Source: Candidatus Heimdallarchaeum aukensis
GTDB taxonomy: Archaea > Asgardarchaeota > Heimdallarchaeia > Heimdallarchaeales > Heimdallarchaeaceae
Reading direction: 5' to 3'
Assembly (NCBI GenBank): GCA_021513695.1
Contig: CP084166.1
Location: forward strand, 2,272,001 to 2,336,000
Length of the DNA: 64,000 nucleotides
In this document: positions 55,175 through 64,000 of the stretch, piece after piece
Position numbering within the stretch: position 1 is the first letter of the stretch
Layout of the letters: each line of letters opens with the position of its first letter
Program-made: the position numbers and the translations under genes
Notes under the pieces: model-generated
The model's database searches: none
What the model was told of the DNA's origin: nothing
Seen by the model: only the letters and a program-made list of their open reading frames with translations

Positions 55175-56227
55175 ATGTCTTCGAGTAAATCATCTAGTAA
55201 AGCGAAAAGGATAAATTTTTCCACTCTTTTTAAAGGAATAATTAAAGCTGGTTATTGTGCTTCTTGTGGAGCTTGTGTAAGTGTCTGTCCTGTTAATAGT
55301 ATTGAAATGCAAAATGATCTTCCAAAACTTGTTTCTACATGCATTTCTTGTGGAGCTTGTGTAGATGCTTGTTATCGTTTCCAAAAACGAGAGAAACAAG
55401 AACAAGCAGCAATGGATCCGAATGAAATTTTAGAAATATATACTGCTAAAGCTAAAGATGAACGTATTTATACTCAAGCACAGAATGGGGGTGTTGTTAC
55501 AACTCTTCTAGTTCATGCATTTGAGGAAGGGCTAATTGATGGGGCTTTAGTTACGGATAAGTACTCTAATCTTTTTGAACCTAAACCTATCCTAGTAAAT
55601 ACCTCAGAAGGTGTTATTCATGGGGCTGGATCAAAATATGTTATTAGTAATAGCTTAACAAAATTAGATGCTGTTCGTACTAGTCATAAAAAGAAAGCAG
55701 CAATTGTTGGTGTTCCTTGTCATATTGAATCTCTTACACGAATCATGGAATTTGGATATCTGGGACTTGATCATAGGGTTGCTTTGAAAATAGGTCTATT
55801 CTGTATGCACTCTTATGATAAAAATCTGCTCAAACAATTTGTTGCTGATAAATTTAACATTACTCCTGAACAAATAATAAAGATGGATATTGATAAAGGT
55901 AAGTTCATTTTTGTTACTGAAACAGAGAAATACAAAGTAAAGTTATCAGATATAGATTCCGCTTTCTACAATGGATGCCACTTTTGTTCAGATTTTACTG
56001 CAGACTATTCAGATATTGCTGTAGGTAATATTGGTGTAGACACAAAGAGCAATGTTGTTTTAGTTCGCACTCAGAAAGGCAAAGAATTGTTTGAATCTGC
56101 AATCGAAAAGGGACTTCTTGAAGTAACAAAAATTGATTCTTCAGAATGGGAGACAAAATTTGGGCTTGTCTTCAAACTTGAAAAAAGAAAGAAAAAAGAG
56201 GCTAAAGCCCTTCCCGCTCTAGACTAA
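55175..56227 (+). CDS. FrhB-family (coenzyme F420 hydrogenase/dehydrogenase beta-like) Fe-S flavoprotein
   Basis: N-terminal 2x[4Fe-4S] motifs CASCGACVSVCP and CISCGACVDAC, then an FrhB_N/C-like body (VGVPCHIESL, CHFCSDFTADYSDIAVGN). Confidence 0.7.
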   Translation: MSSSKSSSKAKRINFSTLFKGIIKAGYCASCGACVSVCPVNSIEMQNDLPKLVSTCISCGACVDACYRFQKREKQEQAAMDPNEILEIYTAKAKDERIYTQAQNGGVVTTLLVHAFEEGLIDGALVTDKYSNLFEPKPILVNTSEGVIHGAGSKYVISNSLTKLDAVRTSHKKKAAIVGVPCHIESLTRIMEFGYLGLDHRVALKIGLFCMHSYDKNLLKQFVADKFNITPEQIIKMDIDKGKFIFVTETEKYKVKLSDIDSAFYNGCHFCSDFTADYSDIAVGNIGVDTKSNVVLVRTQKGKELFESAIEKGLLEVTKIDSSEWETKFGLVFKLEKRKKKEAKALPALD

Positions 56228-56235
56228 CCATTGAT

Positions 56236-57000
56236 TTGGTGATCTCTTCATTGAAAAAAATTGAACTTTTTTCCATTCCTTTTCCTATTGTTAAAAAAGG
56301 AGATAATATCGCTGAACTGATTCTAAAAGAATTAAGTGAAAACAATATAGAAATTCAAGATGGAGACATTTTTGTTATTGCTCACACTATTATTTCTCGC
56401 GCAGATGGAAATGAATACTATCTACCAACAATTTCTCCTTCTTTTCTTGCTGAAATAATTTCTCGTAAAACAGGAAAAGACCCTTCTTTAGTTCAATTAA
56501 TTCTAAATGAGTCGTCTTCTCTAGAGAAAGTTCAGAATAACATTATTATTAGTAAACATCGTCTAGGGTGGATATCTGCTAATGCCGCAGTTGATCAGTC
56601 CAACTCTCTTCCTAACCATGCTGTTACGTTACCTACTGATCCTGAAAAAACTGCTAAAAAAATTGGCTCTTATTTACAATCCAAATTAAAGAAAAAGATT
56701 TCAATATTGATTTCAGATACTCATGGTCGTGCTCTTAGGAGAGGAGCAATTAACATAGCAATTGGTTCTTATAATTTTTCAGTAATTGATGATGCAAGAG
56801 GTCGCAAAGATATTTTTGGCAATGAACTAAAATCCACTCTTGTGGCATTAGCTGATGAAGTTTGTTCTGCTGCAGAGTTATTAATGGGACAAGCTGACGA
56901 AATGTCTCCGATTGTTATTATAAGAGGATTTACTCAACGTTCACCTGTTTCTTCAATTTATGAATTGCAATATGAAGATGATAAACGACTTTTTAAATGA
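56236..57000 (+). CDS. cofE: coenzyme F420-0:L-glutamate ligase CofE-like
   Basis: GDIFVIAHTIISRADG, ISANAAVDQSN, ISDTHGRALRRGAINIAIG blocks typical of CofE. Non-ATG (TTG/GTG) start. Confidence 0.7.
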   Translation: MVISSLKKIELFSIPFPIVKKGDNIAELILKELSENNIEIQDGDIFVIAHTIISRADGNEYYLPTISPSFLAEIISRKTGKDPSLVQLILNESSSLEKVQNNIIISKHRLGWISANAAVDQSNSLPNHAVTLPTDPEKTAKKIGSYLQSKLKKKISILISDTHGRALRRGAINIAIGSYNFSVIDDARGRKDIFGNELKSTLVALADEVCSAAELLMGQADEMSPIVIIRGFTQRSPVSSIYELQYEDDKRLFK

Positions 57001-57063
57001 AAAAAGAGTAAGTTTAAATAATAACCAAATTAATTCAATCAACAAAAGCAATTCGCTTGTAAG

Positions 57064-57795
57064 GTGTATTATGTGTTTAAACGTTCAAAACGCTCAAAGC
57101 TTGAAGAAGCTAATATACTCTTAGGAGAAGCAAAGGTTCTAGGTCAGCAAAGGAAATATCAAGAAGCCACTGAAACAATTGAAAAAGCAATAGCACTTTT
57201 TACACAGGAAAATGATAGACAAAAACTTGATCTGTCTAAAGCTCTATTTTATGAATTCAAAGCTGAACAATCTATAAAGTCTAACAGAGCTTTAGAAGCT
57301 TCTAACTATCTCGGGAGAGCCGGAGGATTTTACATGCGTTTGCATATGGTTAACGATTTAAACCGGGTTTACAAGAAACAAGCGGACATTTTACTTATTC
57401 TAGCTAGACAAACTATGAAAGAAAAACATTTTATTGAAGCAGCGTCTTATTTTGAGCAAGCCGCTATGGCTTATCAAAAATTAAAAAATAAAGAAATGGA
57501 ACTTGATTGTAAAGCTAAATCTTATGTTTCTCGTGCAGCTGCAGAAAAAACTATATCTGGAAGGAAGGTTTATCTTAGAAAAGCAGTGGAAATAATGCAA
57601 GAAACAGGAACTGATAATCCAATAATAAAGGGCCATCTAGCTTATTATAATGGTTTATTTATTAAGGAAGAAAAGAAAGAGGAAGCTCTTCGCTATTTTA
57701 GTGAAGCTTTACAGAACTATCAAAAAGCTGGAATGTCAAAAAGGGTAGAAGAAATAAAAAAGATGATTAATGACCTAGTTTCAAGCCAGATCTAG
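57064..57795 (+). CDS. all-helical TPR-like repeat protein
   Basis: Repeated A/Y/L patterns (KYQEATETIEKAIALF; HFIEAASYFEQAAMAYQKL; EEALRYFSEALQNYQKAG). GTG start. Confidence 0.5.
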   Translation: MYYVFKRSKRSKLEEANILLGEAKVLGQQRKYQEATETIEKAIALFTQENDRQKLDLSKALFYEFKAEQSIKSNRALEASNYLGRAGGFYMRLHMVNDLNRVYKKQADILLILARQTMKEKHFIEAASYFEQAAMAYQKLKNKEMELDCKAKSYVSRAAAEKTISGRKVYLRKAVEIMQETGTDNPIIKGHLAYYNGLFIKEEKKEEALRYFSEALQNYQKAGMSKRVEEIKKMINDLVSSQI

Positions 57796-57847
57796 TTTCA
57801 AAATAGTAGAATTGTTCTGACTTACTTTATTAGAGATGAATAAAATA

Positions 57848-58441
57848 CTATCTAATGTATATCTCTCTAAATTTCAAAACCTTTTCTTCACTTTGGATAG
57901 CTAATCTTGCAGCATGAGAAAAAAGTTTTTCAACATTTTCAGATGATAATGCAGATGTTTCTATATAATCAAAATTATTTTCTTTTGCATATTCTTCTGC
58001 TTTTTCTCTGTCTACAGCTCTTGCATTTTTTAGATCACTCTTATTTCCACATAAAATAATTGGAATTTCTGAACATTTTTTCTTTATTTCACTAACCCAA
58101 AAGGATACATCATCAAATGTTGACGTTTTAGTAATATCATAGACTACGATAGCAACTTTAGCTCCTAGAAAATATTTTTGTCTAACAAATCCAAAAATTT
58201 CTTGAGCTCCTGTATCCCATAAACTAATTCTAACATTAACATCATCGGTGAGTATATTTTTAGACAAATTTTCATTTAATTCGTCCTTTGTTAAGGAAAG
58301 ACTTTTCGTTAACCAACTCACACCCATTGTTGGGATATAAGAATATGAGAAAGTGTTCATAGCATATCTTCTTGCCAATGATGTTTTTCCTACAAAAGCT
58401 GAACCAATTGTTATAATTTTATACAAATGTCGTTCTATCAT
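57848..58441 (-). CDS. Rab/Ras-like small GTPase with variant G3 motif
   Basis: G1 GSAFVGKTS, switch I YIPTMGVSW, G3 WDTGAQE (canonical DTAGQE), G4 GNKSD, G5 ETSAL. No C-terminal Cys. ATG at 58441 preferred, 2 nt after the upstream gene's stop. Confidence 0.8.
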   Translation of the reverse strand: MIERHLYKIITIGSAFVGKTSLARRYAMNTFSYSYIPTMGVSWLTKSLSLTKDELNENLSKNILTDDVNVRISLWDTGAQEIFGFVRQKYFLGAKVAIVVYDITKTSTFDDVSFWVSEIKKKCSEIPIILCGNKSDLKNARAVDREKAEEYAKENNFDYIETSALSSENVEKLFSHAARLAIQSEEKVLKFREIYIR

Positions 58442-58443
58442 TT

Positions 58444-59292
58444 TTATCTCCAAAATATTTCTATTAGTTTTCTTTCTATGTTGATACTGCTTAAACGCCT
58501 CCAATCATCGAGAATCAAAGGCTTTGTATTCGTATTGATTAATTCTCTAAACTGTTCTGGTTCAAAATACTTACTAGTGATATCAACAAATTCTGAAATG
58601 AAATTAAGGAATGTCTCCTTTATTTGGCTATAATCTTCAATTTCTGTTATTTCTGTTGAGTTTACTTCATCTCTTATAAAGAACCCTTCTTTGTCAAAGA
58701 AAAATAACTCGTCAATTTTTTTGTAATCATTTATTAATTTATTAACATCATTTCTTAGTAACTGATTAATTTTTTTCCTTTTCGATTGATCTTCCACAAC
58801 TTTTTGTATTCCTGAACATACTGAATTTATTATATTCTCAAATATTTCTAATAAATTTCTGAACTCAATATCTTTGATGTGATTAGATATAATAGCGTTC
58901 ACTTTGAAAACTTCGGAAATCACCATAGATGGCGATAAGGGTTTTTTTACTTGTTTAATTTCATCAAGGAAATTTTTAGCAGTTTCTTTATCATAGATGT
59001 CAAAAGAGTATAGAAAGAGATTCATTAAAAAGAATAATTGAGAATACGCCATTCCTTCTTTTTGCTCTTGGGAGATTAGTACAAATATGAAATCATACTT
59101 CTTTTCAACTAAAACAATTGTTTTCTTAAAAATTATTTCTCTTAATGGTCCTAATTCTCTTTGTTCTCCCATCTTTATGAATTTTAATAGTTCCGCAAAT
59201 TGGTCAGGTTTAAGAATTAAATTTTCACTATTAGGCGTGTCTGTAAAGATAGTATCGTAGTTATTTTTGTTGAGTATGTAAAAATTAACCAA
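58444..59292 (-). CDS. hypothetical protein, N-terminal longin/Roadblock-like module; candidate GTPase partner
   Basis: 282 aa. MVNFYILNKNN...KTIVLVEKKYDFIFVLISQEQ...SQLFFLMNLFLYSF. Tightly coupled to the downstream GTPase. Confidence 0.5.
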   Translation of the reverse strand: MVNFYILNKNNYDTIFTDTPNSENLILKPDQFAELLKFIKMGEQRELGPLREIIFKKTIVLVEKKYDFIFVLISQEQKEGMAYSQLFFLMNLFLYSFDIYDKETAKNFLDEIKQVKKPLSPSMVISEVFKVNAIISNHIKDIEFRNLLEIFENIINSVCSGIQKVVEDQSKRKKINQLLRNDVNKLINDYKKIDELFFFDKEGFFIRDEVNSTEITEIEDYSQIKETFLNFISEFVDITSKYFEPEQFRELINTNTKPLILDDWRRLSSINIERKLIEIFWR

Positions 59293-59419
59293 TTAGTACA
59301 CCTTTCTATAATTACTTTTAAATAAATTTAAACTTATTCCTTCTTTAGATTCTGCGTTAACTTTGCCAGTTTCTATTTTTCTTCTATAAATTTTAAAAAG
59401 TATAAAAAAAGATAGAAAC

Positions 59420-61612
<2,193 letters not shown>

Positions 61613-61780
61613 TTATTTCCTCTGATGAAATTCATTTATTATTCCTTGATTCAAAACCTTAATTGACCTTTATTAAGGTTATTTTTTGACAGCATTTTAT
61701 TAACAAATGGGAAATTAGTATTTATATTATATTTTATAAAGAACAAAGAAAAAAGAAACAAAGAAAAAGAAAATGTACTT

Positions 61781-63499
61781 TTAGCAACCCGGAGTGAAGT
61801 AAGGCTTAAGTTCTCCAATATGAGAATCTTCTTCGAGAGTTGCTATCTGATAAATTTTATACCCTCCAGTTAGATTTCTTGGATCAAAACCATGTTGCTT
61901 TAGAATTCGGTATGCGAGATAAGAAGTGAATCCAGTCACACAATGTAGATATACTGGCTTATTTTTTGGAATCTCATCTAGCCTTTCTCTTAATTGACCA
62001 ATAGGTATGTTTATCGCACCTGGAATACAACCTTCAGCATGTAATTCTGGTCCTCTTACGTCAATAATTGTCGCCCCTTCTTCTTTTAATTTCTGTGCTT
62101 CATTCCAATGCCATATCTTCACTTCTCCCCTCATTACGTTAGAAGCAACAAAACCAGCCATATTTACACAATCTCTGGCACAACCAAATTGTGGAGCATA
62201 GCACAATTCAAGATTTTCTAAATCATATACTGTCCCCTTAAAGTTTATAACTGTTGCAATGACATCTATCCTTTTTTCTGTTCCTGGCCCACCTACTGCT
62301 TGTGCTCCTAATATTCTGCCATTTTTAGAGTCAAAAATCAGTTTCATTGATATTTCTTGGGCATCAGGGTAGTAACTTGCATGATTTTGGGGATGAACAT
62401 AGATTTTCTCATAGTTAGTAATTCCTAATGATTTGAGTTGTTTCTCGTTTAATCCAGTTTGAGCAACAGTTTTGTCAAAGACTTTAAGAACAGCCGTACC
62501 TATTGAGCCTTTGTAAGTTGTATCTCTTCCAGCAAGATTGTCAGCAGCTATTCTCCCTTCTCTGTTAGCTGGACCAGCAAGAGGAACAACAGTCGGCTTT
62601 TCAGTAATGAAATTTTTAATCTGAACAGCATCACCTACAGCATATATATCAGGGTCAGAGGTTTGCATGTGTTCGTCAACTATTATATATCCTCGTTCAG
62701 TTAGTTCGAGACCACAATCTTTAGCTAAATGTGTGTCTGGTCTAATCCCTATACTCAAAATGACAAGATCTGTTCCAATTTTCCTTCCGCTTTTAGTAAT
62801 AACTTTGTACTTTCCTTCTCCATCTGTAGACTTCTCAATGCCTACAACCCCATCTCCTAAAATAAGTTTGACCCTATTGAGTACAAGTTCATTATGGATA
62901 AATTGTGCCATCTCTCTGTCTAATGTAGGTAAAACTTGGTCTAAAAGTTCAATTACTTTTACACGAATACCTCTTCGACTAAGATTTTCGACCATTTCTA
63001 ATCCTATATACCCTCCTCCTATTACTGTTGCTGTAACAGGGTTGTTCTTCTCAATAAATTCATATATTTTTTCTGTATCTGGAATATTACGGAGAGAAAA
63101 AATAGGTATATCATCCATTCCTCTGAAAGGAGGACGAATTGGCTCTGCACCAGGTGCTAAAACAAGCTTGTCATAAGAAAGTTCATACTCTTTTCCCACT
63201 TCTCTGTCAATCACTTTAACTATTTTCCTTTCTCGATCGATTGAAATAGCCTCATTCAAAACTCTGACATCAATATTGAAAAACTGTTTAAATTTTTCAG
63301 GTGTCATTAAAACTAGTTTTTCGCGGTCTTGTATCACTTTTCCAATATAATAAGGAAGACCACAGTTTGCAAAAGAAACATATGGTCCTCGTTCTAGTAT
63401 TATTATTTCCGCAAATTCATCTAATCGCCGATATCTAGCTGCTGTGCTTGCGCCACCAGCAACACCACCTATTATTATTATTCTCTTTTTCAATTTCAT
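61781..63499 (-). CDS. CoA-disulfide reductase / NADH oxidase family flavoprotein with C-terminal rhodanese domain
   Basis: IIIIGGVAGGAS, redox Cys SFANCGLPYY, second dinucleotide fold VIGGGYIGLE. C-terminal rhodanese with LHCVTGFTS active-site loop. Confidence 0.85.
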   Translation of the reverse strand: MKLKKRIIIIGGVAGGASTAARYRRLDEFAEIIILERGPYVSFANCGLPYYIGKVIQDREKLVLMTPEKFKQFFNIDVRVLNEAISIDRERKIVKVIDREVGKEYELSYDKLVLAPGAEPIRPPFRGMDDIPIFSLRNIPDTEKIYEFIEKNNPVTATVIGGGYIGLEMVENLSRRGIRVKVIELLDQVLPTLDREMAQFIHNELVLNRVKLILGDGVVGIEKSTDGEGKYKVITKSGRKIGTDLVILSIGIRPDTHLAKDCGLELTERGYIIVDEHMQTSDPDIYAVGDAVQIKNFITEKPTVVPLAGPANREGRIAADNLAGRDTTYKGSIGTAVLKVFDKTVAQTGLNEKQLKSLGITNYEKIYVHPQNHASYYPDAQEISMKLIFDSKNGRILGAQAVGGPGTEKRIDVIATVINFKGTVYDLENLELCYAPQFGCARDCVNMAGFVASNVMRGEVKIWHWNEAQKLKEEGATIIDVRGPELHAEGCIPGAINIPIGQLRERLDEIPKNKPVYLHCVTGFTSYLAYRILKQHGFDPRNLTGGYKIYQIATLEEDSHIGELKPYFTPGC

Positions 63500-63664
63500 C
63501 CCTTAAAAGTTATTTAGTAGAGACTCCTAAATAGAAATATAAAATTAAAGGTATAACTATATTATATCTAATACTAAAAAATATCCAGCAAACTAATGTT
63601 TTTTACATTTTTAGTTAATAGAATTTTGGAAAAATATTAACATATAAAAAAAGAGAAAGTGCAT

Positions 63665-64000
63665 TCACTCTATTTCTTCTAATTCTTCTAACAAATAGCG
63701 AGTACTAGTTTGTTTCATTCGTGAATCTTGTTCTTTTTCTCTTTCACTAATAATATCTCTTTCTATTCGGTCTAAGGCAATAGCAAACGCTCCAAATAAT
63801 CCATAACCCTCTGAGCGAGAGACATAAGTTTTTCCTTTATTTGTTGTTATTCTTAATCTAATCTGATACAAACTGTATCCTCTAAATTTCTTCTTTGGAA
63901 TAGATTTAATATGGATATAGAAATGTCCTGCATTCCCAATCATCAAAGAATATTTATCAATGAACTCTGAAGATAAATCAAAAAGTTGCTTTAAATCTTC
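63665..64000 (-). CDS. hypothetical protein, 5'-partial at window edge
   Basis: Reading frame stays open from the listed start (63946) to nt 64000 (…EDLKQLFDLSSEFIDKYSLMIGNAGHF…), so the gene probably starts beyond the window. A faint resemblance to ribosome-hibernation-factor folds is unverified. Confidence 0.45.
   Translation of the reverse strand, partial: EDLKQLFDLSSEFIDKYSLMIGNAGHFYIHIKSIPKKKFRGYSLYQIRLRITTNKGKTYVSRSEGYGLFGAFAIALDRIERDIISEREKEQDSRMKQTSTRYLLEELEEIE

Overview
AT-rich (about 30% GC by eye), densely coding archaeal chromosome segment. Archaeal hallmarks include FEN1, Hjc, archaeal DnaG, ArcS/RaSEA, ribosomal protein L40e, CTP-dependent riboflavin kinase, GPN-loop GTPase, geranylgeranyl reductase, and tRNAs with encoded CCA, one carrying an intron. 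Most of the window is housekeeping: nucleotide and cofactor metabolism, a molybdopterin biosynthesis cluster, a Wtp/Mod-type oxyanion ABC transporter, NfnAB-like oxidoreductase, tRNA modification enzymes, Pelota and CDC48. Among these sit several eukaryote-like 'trafficking/switch' components: an MglA-type GTPase with a Roadblock partner and a coiled-coil protein, a Rab/Ras-like GTPase coupled to a longin/Roadblock-like protein downstream of CDC48, two tandem Roadblock/longin-like proteins, and a V4R/TRAPP-like protein. This fits an Asgard-type (Lokiarchaeia-like) genome, but that is an inference. Features missing from the ORF track: three tRNAs (Lys-CUU, Lys-UUU with intron, Val-CAC), an SRP (7S) RNA, a roughly 235-nt GC-rich structured RNA of unassigned family, an L40e gene antisense to a listed ORF, and a 59-aa membrane ORF. 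Other observations: a tRNA-flanked block (ArcS, RaSEA, orphan amino-methyltransferase) whose coding strand is pyrimidine-rich, unlike the rest of the window. Also a second orphan C5 methyltransferase abutting tRNA-Val, a near-perfect 30-bp in-frame tandem repeat inside dnaG, HTH fusions on both FMN/FAD enzymes, and an ArsR-HTH/coiled-coil/proline-rich fusion cluster. No CRISPR array, transposase, integrase or rRNA was seen. All homology calls rest on motif recognition by eye; no searches were run.
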